Source: Gemmatimonadota bacterium
GTDB taxonomy: Bacteria; Gemmatimonadota; Gemmatimonadetes; Gemmatimonadales; GWC2-71-9
Length of the DNA stretch: 57,400 nucleotides
Direction: 5' to 3'
Assembly (NCBI GenBank): GCA_036679605.1
Contig: JAZDCZ010000250.1
Coordinates: 1-57,400 of the forward strand
The position numbers and the translations under genes are program-made. Shown piece after piece: positions 1-7,622 of this stretch (the first letter of the stretch is position 1; the number at the start of each line of letters is the position of its first letter). Under the pieces are notes generated by a model, which was not told where the DNA came from, searched no databases, and was given only the letters and a program-made list of their open reading frames with translations.

Positions 1-2
1 GT

Positions 3-62
3 ATCGTGCTGGCCTTCGCTCTCGGCGGGGTGATTCTATATCGCAACCATAACGGCAACTAA
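3..62 (+). CDS. 3' end of a membrane protein gene entering from the left edge (…IVLAFALGGVILYRNHNGN*)
   Basis: Open frame from the window edge with a hydrophobic stretch, TAA at 60-62, followed by SD GAGGAG and an ATG. Confidence 0.55.
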   Translation: MVLAFALGGVILYRNHNGN

Positions 63-91
63 GAGGAGACGTTTCGATGAAACGAACGATC
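40..91 (+). repeat. Copy 1 of a 52-bp diverged direct repeat (gene end + SD + MKRTI start)
   Basis: Matches 750-801 at 44/52 positions with no gaps. Confidence 0.85.
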
Positions 92-142
92 TGTTTCCTG
101 TGCGCGGCAGGTCCACCGCACCTTCCGAGGGGTGAGCCATGA
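77..142 (+). pseudogene. 21-codon mini-ORF MKRTICFLCAAGPPHLPRGEP, probable internally deleted gene remnant or leader peptide
   Basis: SD GAGGAG at 63-68, ATG at 77, stop overlaps the next start as ATGA (139-142), N-terminus resembles that of the ORF at 787. Confidence 0.4.
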
Positions 143-633
143 AAAGACGCACCGTTACGATCTTAGGAATCGCAATCCTCACGGCGTCAGCCGTCTATGC
201 GCATGACTTGTTTCTGAAGCTCGACGGCTATTTCGTACCCACCAATGCTGTGATGCTCCACGAGCGCAAGGAGGTAGCCGGCCTTGCCGTGGTCTTCGGT
301 GCGGAACCGGAACCTGCGCTCACCGACGAGATGCAATCGTTGCGCTGGCGGGTCAGCTCCCTGTCCGACGAGAAACCCTATTCGGACTTCCAAGATGCCA
401 AGGTGACAATCAGCCGCAACGGCGAGAAATATGGACCGTTCCCGGTGCGGGGCTCACGCCGTGATCCCGGTCTGTACCAGACACGGCACATCTTCACGGC
501 TGTCGGCGAGTACGAGTCGGTATTGAGTTTTCGGAAAGGTGAGGAAGAGAAAGTTCACACGGTCGATTTCTTATTTCGCATCCTTGATCGGACGTCCGTC
601 GAGATTCCGCCGCGCAAACCAGCGCGTCAGTAA
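139..633 (+). CDS. Secreted protein: DUF4198-like N-terminus (AHDLFLKLDGYFVP) joined to a YtkA/FixH-like beta domain
   Basis: Signal peptide ending AVYA then His; PGLY…F…GEY pattern typical of YtkA-like folds. Confidence 0.6.
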   Translation: MKRRTVTILGIAILTASAVYAHDLFLKLDGYFVPTNAVMLHERKEVAGLAVVFGAEPEPALTDEMQSLRWRVSSLSDEKPYSDFQDAKVTISRNGEKYGPFPVRGSRRDPGLYQTRHIFTAVGEYESVLSFRKGEEEKVHTVDFLFRILDRTSVEIPPRKPARQ

Positions 634-749
634 GGTGGACGGCGCATTAGGTCAGCGCGCTGATCCTTGCGACTGGTGTGCTTGCGACCGACGCTTGGCC
701 GATCGTCCATTGCTGGGAGACGAAGACTTCACGACGGTGCGCACTCCTA

Positions 750-801
750 ATCGCAACCATAACCAAAACTAAATGGAGACATTTTGATGAAACGAACCAT
801 C
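750..801 (+). repeat. Copy 2 of the 52-bp diverged direct repeat
   Basis: 44/52 identity to 40-91 at an offset of 710 nt. Confidence 0.85.
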
Positions 802-1263
802 ACGATCAGCGGATTGTGTGGCGGGTTAATTCTGGCGGTAGCGCCGCAGAGTCACGCACAGGAAACCGAACGAGAGGCAGTTCGCCGAGTAGTTGAAGCA
901 GTCGCAGAATTTGAGCAAGCGAAGAACTTGGACTCGTTGGGCACACTGTTCGCGCCTGGCCGCGGTGTCCATATCATCGAGGGCGCCGGTGTAAACCACG
1001 GCTGGGCCGACTACCGGGACAACCACTTGGGGCCGGAACTAGCCGACTTCAAGAATTTCAAGTACAGCTATTACTCAGTAGAGCCAGAGGTGCGGGGCAA
1101 CGTGGCCTGGACGTCGTTCCGGTACGACATCTCTATGGTTACTAAGCGTGGCCCTTATGACGGTGAAGGTAGAGGCACGGCGGTGCTCGAGAAGCGGGAC
1201 GGCCGTTGGATGATAGTTCACCTTCATACGTCGGGCCGAGCAAAACGGAAGCTCGCTAAGTAA
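787..1263 (+). CDS. Secreted SnoaL/NTF2-like (DUF4440-type) protein
   Basis: SD GGAG, signal peptide, EGAGVNHGWADYRDNHL motif, C-terminal GTAVLEKRDGRWMIVHLHTS. Confidence 0.8.
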   Translation: MKRTITISGLCGGLILAVAPQSHAQETEREAVRRVVEAVAEFEQAKNLDSLGTLFAPGRGVHIIEGAGVNHGWADYRDNHLGPELADFKNFKYSYYSVEPEVRGNVAWTSFRYDISMVTKRGPYDGEGRGTAVLEKRDGRWMIVHLHTSGRAKRKLAK

Positions 1264-1265
1264 CC

Positions 1266-1751
1266 GTGATGTGCTGCCGGGTTCACGGTTCTGCGCCTCA
1301 ATCACGGCCGCGAGCCGCGTGGGCCGTGGTCCTCGTAGCCCTCCAGTTAATTGGTGGGGTCTTGGTTCCGGTGTTGCATGCAGAGACCGAGACGTGGAGC
1401 GCGGCCCGCAGCATGGAGTCTAAGCACACCAAACCGTGCTCGGTCATCCACTCTGAGGCCCATTGTGCCACCACCTTGAGCCGGGCGTTGACGGAACATG
1501 GCGGTGGGCCTCAATTCGAGCCGGGAATCGTTCTCCTGACGGGAACGTCGGATCGCTTTCAACCTCTATTCACACTGTCGTCTGGCAACGCGCACAGGGT
1601 GCGCGCACCTCCTAGAAACCGACTTCGACAAGTCGGAACGTCATTTCTCATCCCATCGCCGCGCAAGGTGATGCGATTTGAGCCACGTAACCTAGGAGGT
1701 TCCTGGACATGCAGCGTGCACTACCATTCACCATTGCAACCGTTTTACTAG
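1266..1751 (+). CDS. DUF2946/CutF/CruR-like putative arrest leader protein with an RAPP motif
   Basis: N-terminal TM/signal segment, His/Cys cluster HTKPCSVIHSEAHC, RAPP at codons 113-116 (1602-1613), upstream of an outer-membrane barrel gene. Confidence 0.65.
   Translation: MMCCRVHGSAPQSRPRAAWAVVLVALQLIGGVLVPVLHAETETWSAARSMESKHTKPCSVIHSEAHCATTLSRALTEHGGGPQFEPGIVLLTGTSDRFQPLFTLSSGNAHRVRAPPRNRLRQVGTSFLIPSPRKVMRFEPRNLGGSWTCSVHYHSPLQPFY
1607..1700 (+). promoter_or_regulatory. SD-sequestering mRNA structure (putative translational attenuator)
   Basis: ACCTCCTAG (1607-1615) is the exact reverse complement of CTAGGAGGT (1692-1700, the SD); internal hairpins at 1619-1636 and 1647-1682. Confidence 0.7.
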
Positions 1752-2572
1752 CGGCATCGGCCAGCGCACAGGCCGGACCCGATTATGATCGCAACTCCAG
1801 TGCGGCCCAAATATTTCTCCCCACCGCGCATGAGTCGGCTCGCCCGATGCCTCATGGCGATCACGGCGCTGTTTCGCGTGCTATCATAGACCCTACATTT
1901 ACACACCACGCTATTCTGGAAGATGAACTGCGAGTCAATTTCTCTCGGTCTTCCAGACGTGCCACCGAGGCCCGCTCGGTCGCTACCTTGGAACTCGCCT
2001 ACGCTTTCAGCAATGCGTTCGGCGCGGAGATCTTCGTACCGTATGTCCTGGACCCCGTGGATGGTATCGGGGGCCGTGATCGGACGGTCCTGGACCTCGA
2101 GGTACAGCCTTTGAAGTGGTCCTTCATAAGGCGTTACAACTTGGTGGTTACGGCCGTCGCGGCCGGAGTCATTCCTGTGGAGCGTTCGGTCGAGTCAGGT
2201 GAGCGCGTGTGGCGTTTTGAGCCCCACCTTTTTGCCGACGCGGCGGTTGGGCCGGTGGCAATACAATCGAATGTGGTCGCGAGCTTCGCCGACAACGGCG
2301 AAACGGAGATGGAATTTGCTACGTCAGTGGCGCGGATGATTTTTATGGGGGAGGCAGTCTCAGCAGGTCCCCTGCTGGAATTGCTTTGGGAAGTTCCGGT
2401 TGACGGCTTGCCCCGCTCTCGCTCCGAGCCGTTTCTCGCTCCGGGAGCCAAGCTCCAAGTGCGCGGGTGGTATTTTGGGATCAGCTATCTGTTTCCGATT
2501 CGTTCCGGATCAGATGAGGCCACCCAGTTCGCAGTCACCGCTGGCTACCACGTCAGTTTTGGAAAGCCGTAG
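1709..2572 (+). CDS. His-rich outer-membrane beta-barrel, putative metal transporter
   Basis: SD AGGAGG, signal peptide ASA-Q, HESARPMPHGDHG and THHA His clusters, amphipathic beta strands, aromatic-rich C-terminus YHVSF. Confidence 0.65.
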   Translation: MQRALPFTIATVLLAASASAQAGPDYDRNSSAAQIFLPTAHESARPMPHGDHGAVSRAIIDPTFTHHAILEDELRVNFSRSSRRATEARSVATLELAYAFSNAFGAEIFVPYVLDPVDGIGGRDRTVLDLEVQPLKWSFIRRYNLVVTAVAAGVIPVERSVESGERVWRFEPHLFADAAVGPVAIQSNVVASFADNGETEMEFATSVARMIFMGEAVSAGPLLELLWEVPVDGLPRSRSEPFLAPGAKLQVRGWYFGISYLFPIRSGSDEATQFAVTAGYHVSFGKP

Positions 2573-2637
2573 CATGAGAAGGTGCTTGGCAGCCACATCA
2601 CGTAACGCCACTCCGCGCCCGCCCCGTTGGGCCCTCG

Positions 2638-2705
2638 ACAATAAAACGATCTTCATGGAAGCTTCACAATAAAACGATCTTCACGGAAACTTCAGTGTTT
2701 TTTCA
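2638..2705 (+). promoter_or_regulatory. Tandem 28-bp repeat carrying YTTCA-N6-YTTCA boxes with 11-bp period
   Basis: Units 2638-2665 and 2666-2693 match at 26/28; CTTCA at 2651, 2662, 2679 and 2690, TTTCA at 2701. Confidence 0.65.
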
Positions 2706-2739
2706 ATTCAGTTGTTGCATAGACCCTTGTCGAGGAATC

Positions 2740-2777
2740 CCTGTCAGGAACTTTACTCCACCTGTCAGGAACTTTAC
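2740..2777 (+). repeat. Perfect 17-bp direct repeat CCTGTCAGGAACTTTAC with 21-bp period
   Basis: Copies at 2740-2756 and 2761-2777. Confidence 0.85.
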
Positions 2778-2800
2778 CGCCGCCACGTTAGGGGGAGCCG

Positions 2801-3544
2801 TTGCGAGTTTCTGTCGGAGTCATCCTGTGGCTGACTGCCATGGGTCCCGGTGCGTCCCTGGGTTTGGCCCAGGAGCAGCGTGCCTACGTTGCTCGCGAGG
2901 TGGCCAACGGCGGAGTCATTACCGGCACCGTATCGCTGAACGTCGCGACGCCGTCACTCACACGGCTGGCGATAACGAGCGATCGCGAGGTATGCGACCA
3001 GGAGCCGAAGTTTGACGAGAGTATCATTGTCGCTCCGGAGACACGCGGCCTGAAGAATGTTGTGGTCCGGCTCACTGATATCACGGAAGGCAAGGCCTGG
3101 GACGACACAAGCCGCCCTCCAGAGCTTAGCCAGATTGCGTGCCGCTTTGCTCCGCACGTTCTCATAGTTCCGGCCGGGCAAACATTCGATATTGTCAACA
3201 GCGACGGAATACTCCATAACATCCACACGCGTGGCTCCAAGAACCGTCCGATGAACAAAGCGCATCCGAAACTCCTCAAGAGATTGACGATGAACTTCAA
3301 GCGGCCCGATCTCGTCGCCGTGAAATGCGACGTCCACGACTGGATGTCGGGGTGGATCGTGGTGGCATCCCATCCCTACTATGCCGTGACGGATCCGGCA
3401 GGAAAATTCGAGTTGCAGAATGTGCCGCCCGGAACTTACACCCTGGAACTCTGGCACGAGAAACTTGGCAAGGAGATTCGACAGGTAACCGTCACTGCCG
3501 ATGGTAGAGCCCAGGTTGATGTGGAGTTTACAGCGGGAGATTAG
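2801..3544 (+). CDS. Periplasmic cupredoxin-like / carboxypeptidase-regulatory-like domain protein
   Basis: TTG start with SD GGGGGAG, signal peptide, CRFAPHV, HNIH…KCDVHDWM (His/Cys/His/Met ligands), VPPGTYTLELWHEKLG. Confidence 0.75.
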   Translation: MRVSVGVILWLTAMGPGASLGLAQEQRAYVAREVANGGVITGTVSLNVATPSLTRLAITSDREVCDQEPKFDESIIVAPETRGLKNVVVRLTDITEGKAWDDTSRPPELSQIACRFAPHVLIVPAGQTFDIVNSDGILHNIHTRGSKNRPMNKAHPKLLKRLTMNFKRPDLVAVKCDVHDWMSGWIVVASHPYYAVTDPAGKFELQNVPPGTYTLELWHEKLGKEIRQVTVTADGRAQVDVEFTAGD

Positions 3545-3613
3545 TTGGGAGATAGGCTTCGGGATTGCTTCCGAAGGGAATTTGATAGGGGGGAGTTTGT
3601 TAAGGTGAGTTCT

Positions 3614-4366
3614 ATGAAATTGCGGATCTGCCTAATCCCACTCGCAATCCTTTTCCTCTGGCCGCAAGTGGGGGTTCAGGCGCAAGCCTCAGTGACAATA
3701 TCGATGGCGAACAGGGAGTCGGTGGGCGCGGGTAAAAGACTTTACCGGAGGAAATGTGTCTATTGTCACGGCACGAATGGCAACGGAGATGGATCGGTCG
3801 CAAGGTATGTCTTTCCAAAACCCAGAGATTTCACACAAGGCGTGTTCAAGATTCGCTCTACGCCTACAGGGGGCCTTCCCACAGATAACGATCTGTTTCA
3901 GACTCTGAACCGCGGCCTCCCCGGAACCACCATGCCGGGATGGTTGAACTTGAGCGATAAGCAGCGGTGGCAGTTGGTGGCATACATCAAGACCTTCTCG
4001 CCCAGGTTCCAAGAGGAAGATCTCCCCGAGCCCATCCGCTTCGGCACGCCTAAACTCCCCTACCCGGAGAGCGTAATGAACGGCAGGCGGCTTTTTGTCG
4101 AGGCCGAATGCTGGAAGTGTCATGGAACGCTCGGTAGGGGAGATGGGCCTTCGTCTCATACCCTGATAGATGATTGGGGCTATCCGATTGTTCCGGCTGA
4201 TCTTACTGTCTCGCGCAACTGGCGAGGCGGCAATCGCGCACAAGACATCTTTCGAAGTATCGCCGTTGGGATCGGAGGCACGTCTATGCCAGGTTGGATG
4301 GACGCGTTGAGTGAGGATCAGATATGGGATCTGACCAACTACTTGCTCTCGATCATTCGCGGATAG
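3614..4366 (+). CDS. Periplasmic diheme c-type cytochrome
   Basis: Signal peptide from ATG 3614, CVYCH and CWKCH, PKPRDFT…GT(T/S)MP distal Met motifs in both domains. Confidence 0.9.
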   Translation: MKLRICLIPLAILFLWPQVGVQAQASVTISMANRESVGAGKRLYRRKCVYCHGTNGNGDGSVARYVFPKPRDFTQGVFKIRSTPTGGLPTDNDLFQTLNRGLPGTTMPGWLNLSDKQRWQLVAYIKTFSPRFQEEDLPEPIRFGTPKLPYPESVMNGRRLFVEAECWKCHGTLGRGDGPSSHTLIDDWGYPIVPADLTVSRNWRGGNRAQDIFRSIAVGIGGTSMPGWMDALSEDQIWDLTNYLLSIIRG

Positions 4367-4417
4367 TCGAGGTCGGGCCCTGCGCTTGCCGCATTCGAAA
4401 CACAGGAAGAACTAGCC

Positions 4418-5797
4418 ATGAATCGCGTTAGAAAGATGAGTCTCGTTGTCCCGGGCGTAATGCTGAGTGTCTCCTCGGTTCTGCTCGTTCCTGGGCACGA
4501 CCGGCCGACAGACCACGTGCCCAGTTTTGCACGTCGCTACAACCTGAGTTGCAGTACTTGCCATACTGTGTTCCCCGCGTTGACTGAGTATGGCAAGGTG
4601 TTCCGTGCGAAGGGTTATCGCTTGCCGGGTACTGGAGGAGCAGCAGGCGGCGAACAGCCGCTTGCACTGGGACCGGAGGACGGGGTTCCGAAGGGGAAAC
4701 GTCCCACTAACATTCCTTTCATAGACATACCGGCAACTTCGGTTGCTTCCTTTCAGATCATATCAGACTTCGTGAACCGACCCGATGCCGCGGTCAGCAA
4801 CGAGTTTACCGGAATCAGCTCGGTTGGGCTCATCTTCGGAGGCGCTATGGGTGAGCGCTTTTCGTTCTTTGGCAACGTTGCCCTGGTCGAGAACGGGAAT
4901 TTCGAAGGGATTGATCGCCTATTCTTGCAGTACAACCGATCGATGGCGATTAACGTTAGAGTGGGACAGTTCGAGCCACGAGCCATACCGTTTTCCAACC
5001 ACCGTCGCTTGCTCCGCATCACACCTTATCTAAACGGCGTCTTACCCATAATACCGGCGCAGAACTTCAACGGTTTTTCCCCGAACCAGAAAGGCATCGA
5101 GACGTTCGGACGTATTGCCGGGCCCGCGGGTTTAGGGGAACTGGAATACAGCATAGGTCTCGTCAATGGTGAGCCCGGTGGCGCCTTCGAGGCGCTTGAG
5201 GATGCCGACGGGCCCGTTGCTGACATGGTTCATGAGTTGGAGGAGGCCTACGAAGAATCCGGCGGCAAGTTCGATTTCAATAATAACAAAGATTATTATG
5301 GGCGCCTGAACTACAACACATGGCTCCGGGGAGGAATCTCCGTAGGGGGCTTCTTTTATAAAGGTAGGTCAGGTTTCATGACGGATGTCGAGGATTCGGA
5401 ATCATTCGTCGCCGATGGCAACTCTTTCCGCCGCTGGGGAGTAGATGCCCGATGGGACCAAGAAAACGGTTACCTGTCGCTGTTAGGATCCGTGCAGTTC
5501 TTCGATGACAGGTTGGACAGAGCGCAGCTTGACAACCCGTCAGCGATGGTGACCACAGGAGAGGGACAGGTGTACATCTTTCCCTGGCTCGTGCCGGGCT
5601 TCCGCTACGAACGGGTTGATGTGGACCGATTCCCGTCCGGTTTTCCGACCAGTTTCGAGCGTTACTCGGCTGATCTACTGATGCTACTTGCCTCGAATAC
5701 CATGTTGATGATCGGGACCACGTGGAGCAGCAACTCGGCGCCCGACTTGCCGCTGTTCGAGAGATTCTCACGCGTAGCGCTGCACCTCGCTTTCTGA
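4418..5797 (+). CDS. Cyc2-like fused monoheme cytochrome-porin (outer membrane)
   Basis: N-terminal PSFARRYNLSCSTCHTVFPALTEYGKVFRAKGY matches the Cyc2 PxFAR…CxxCH…PxL…G…F…GY signature; beta-barrel body; terminal Phe. Confidence 0.8.
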   Translation: MNRVRKMSLVVPGVMLSVSSVLLVPGHDRPTDHVPSFARRYNLSCSTCHTVFPALTEYGKVFRAKGYRLPGTGGAAGGEQPLALGPEDGVPKGKRPTNIPFIDIPATSVASFQIISDFVNRPDAAVSNEFTGISSVGLIFGGAMGERFSFFGNVALVENGNFEGIDRLFLQYNRSMAINVRVGQFEPRAIPFSNHRRLLRITPYLNGVLPIIPAQNFNGFSPNQKGIETFGRIAGPAGLGELEYSIGLVNGEPGGAFEALEDADGPVADMVHELEEAYEESGGKFDFNNNKDYYGRLNYNTWLRGGISVGGFFYKGRSGFMTDVEDSESFVADGNSFRRWGVDARWDQENGYLSLLGSVQFFDDRLDRAQLDNPSAMVTTGEGQVYIFPWLVPGFRYERVDVDRFPSGFPTSFERYSADLLMLLASNTMLMIGTTWSSNSAPDLPLFERFSRVALHLAF

Positions 5798-5832
5798 GCG
5801 TCTCCACTTGATGACGTTAGTTTGTGAACGCC

Positions 5833-5871
5833 AAAAAGAAACGCCCCGCGACCACTAAGTGGCCGCGGGGC
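5833..5871 (-). terminator. Rho-independent terminator between the convergent cytochrome operons
   Basis: GCCCCGCG-A-CCACT/AGTGG-C-CGCGGGGC hairpin at 5843-5871 followed on the minus strand by TTTCTTTTT. Confidence 0.8.
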
Positions 5872-5900
5872 TAACCTCCAGCAAGGGCGAACCGCGCGGC

Positions 5901-6521
5901 CTACTTGCTTTGGAGGGTTGCTAGGTACGCAACTATTGCTTCGATCTGCTCAGTTGTCAGCTGGAAATTCGGCATCATCGATGTTGCATTATCGACGGAA
6001 GGATCCTGGAGCTTGGACCTCACGAAGTCGACCCCTTTGCGTTCGATGGTCCCGTTGAGTGACGGTCCGACCTGACCTCCAGCGCTGCCCAGTACGTGGC
6101 ATCCGACGCATGCCTTTTGTTCGGCCAGTAACTTCCCGTTCGCTATGACAGTCGGGTCGTTGGATACCGGACCGACTTCCACTGCGTAAGGTAGACCGAC
6201 CAGGGCCTCAACATTGGGATCTCCGTTTGTCGCCTGTAGAAAGGCGAGCACTCCCCTGACCTCTTTGCCTGTGAGATTCGCTCGTGCCCGCATGTGGTTC
6301 GCTATGGTAACCCATTGCCGATCCGACCGCTCCAGGGGGGATCTGGCATTATGACAGTTGCCGCACATTGTCCCGTATATCTTGGCGCCGTCGGCGACCA
6401 AACTACTACCATCCAGATTGTCATTTGCCTGCTGGGCCGCAGCTGCCCCTGGAGAAAGCACCAGGAGCGTAAGCGTCATGCAAGCCGCGGCGCTGATCCG
6501 CTCAATTCTGTTAGCACTCAT
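5901..6521 (-). CDS. Periplasmic diheme c-type cytochrome
   Basis: Signal peptide, CGNCH…HMRARANL domain and CVGCH…GPSL…SMMPNF domain. Confidence 0.9.
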   Translation of the reverse strand: MSANRIERISAAACMTLTLLVLSPGAAAAQQANDNLDGSSLVADGAKIYGTMCGNCHNARSPLERSDRQWVTIANHMRARANLTGKEVRGVLAFLQATNGDPNVEALVGLPYAVEVGPVSNDPTVIANGKLLAEQKACVGCHVLGSAGGQVGPSLNGTIERKGVDFVRSKLQDPSVDNATSMMPNFQLTTEQIEAIVAYLATLQSK

Positions 6522-6530
6522 GATTTCCTC

Positions 6531-7622
6531 CTAGAAGCCGAACGCGATGTGCATCACGACACGGTTGTTATCCAGCTCGAGACCGTCTTCCTTGTTGAGT
6601 TCGAAGCCGGCCATTACCGCCACCGTTGAGCTGAGCCAATAGTCCAAGCCGAAGCCGGCCTGCCAGGCACCCTGATCTTGCAGGACACCGTCAAGCTCGG
6701 AGTCGAACACCTGAGTCCAACGAAGCACAGGCTCCCACCGGCCGTATCGGTACGCCGCCTGGGCGTAGAACCCGTCACGGACGAGCGTAGGAAAGCCTGA
6801 CACCACCTCGATCTCCTGCCGAGTCTGCACGTACTCGCCGCGCAATTCGAAGTGCGTCGCATGGAACTCCGCGGCAACGTTCCAGCCGGTAAAGTCCAAG
6901 ATGTTGTTGTCGTCGTAATCGCCGTTGAGGTACGACACGTTCGCCTCGACCCATGGTGGTAATCCAAGGTCAATGCGCCCACCAAACATCTTGCTGGTGT
7001 TGTTGTCGCTCGAGGAAGCCTGAAACTCGAGTTCGGGAATCGGCTCGGACGGATCCTCGGGGGAGGCACCTTGTGTAACGTACGCGTTGAGGTTCACGTG
7101 AAACGGCCCGGGGCGCAGCATCCCTCGTGCCATGAATCCGATATCCGACACGATCGGGAGCAGCGGCGAAGCACCGAATGCTGCAACGTGGTGGCCGAAG
7201 ATCGGCGGTGCCGTCGGAAACTTGTTTATCCATGTCGGATGTAGCCGCTCACCGAACACGCCGAATGGGATGAGAAATTTTCCGCCTACGAGCGTTATGT
7301 TGTCGGTTAGCATTACGTCTATCTGCGCGTACTCGAGCGCAGTCTCGGTAATGCCCTCCGTCAGCGCAAACTCAAACTCCGCTTCAAATAGGATTCTATC
7401 CTGGAACTGAAAGAGGAAGATCGGACTCAAGCTGGTCGTAAACGAGTTTTGGTTGCTGCCCTCCGTAAGGGCTGTGTACCCCACAGTTCCATAACCGGTA
7501 ATCACCGTCTGATTCGTGGGAACGACACGTTCTCCGACGATCCCCTGTGCATGGGCCGCCGGTGCGGCAAATAGGATCACCGCACTCGCAACGGCCACAA
7601 CTACTGCGCTATTAGTTGCCAT
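6531..7622 (-). CDS. Outer-membrane porin (OprO/P-like beta-barrel)
   Basis: ATG 7622 with SD GGAGG, signal peptide AHA-Q, FEAEFEF…LEYAQID…GKFLIPFG…ERLHPTWINK, ends IAFGF. Confidence 0.8.
   Translation of the reverse strand: MATNSAVVVAVASAVILFAAPAAHAQGIVGERVVPTNQTVITGYGTVGYTALTEGSNQNSFTTSLSPIFLFQFQDRILFEAEFEFALTEGITETALEYAQIDVMLTDNITLVGGKFLIPFGVFGERLHPTWINKFPTAPPIFGHHVAAFGASPLLPIVSDIGFMARGMLRPGPFHVNLNAYVTQGASPEDPSEPIPELEFQASSSDNNTSKMFGGRIDLGLPPWVEANVSYLNGDYDDNNILDFTGWNVAAEFHATHFELRGEYVQTRQEIEVVSGFPTLVRDGFYAQAAYRYGRWEPVLRWTQVFDSELDGVLQDQGAWQAGFGLDYWLSSTVAVMAGFELNKEDGLELDNNRVVMHIAFGF

Noticed and set aside
539..896. ORFs 539-772 and 678-896 as real genes
   Set aside because: They overlap better-supported genes and lack SDs or domains; only the RNHNQN* tail is meaningful, as part of the repeat.
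2638..2777. Repeats as a possible mini CRISPR array
   Set aside because: The 28-bp units are directly adjacent with no spacer, the 17-bp pair is separated by only 4 nt, and there are no cas genes.
2747..2790. GGAACTT as an ECF sigma -35 element
   Set aside because: No matching -10 element at the expected 16-18 nt spacing after either copy.
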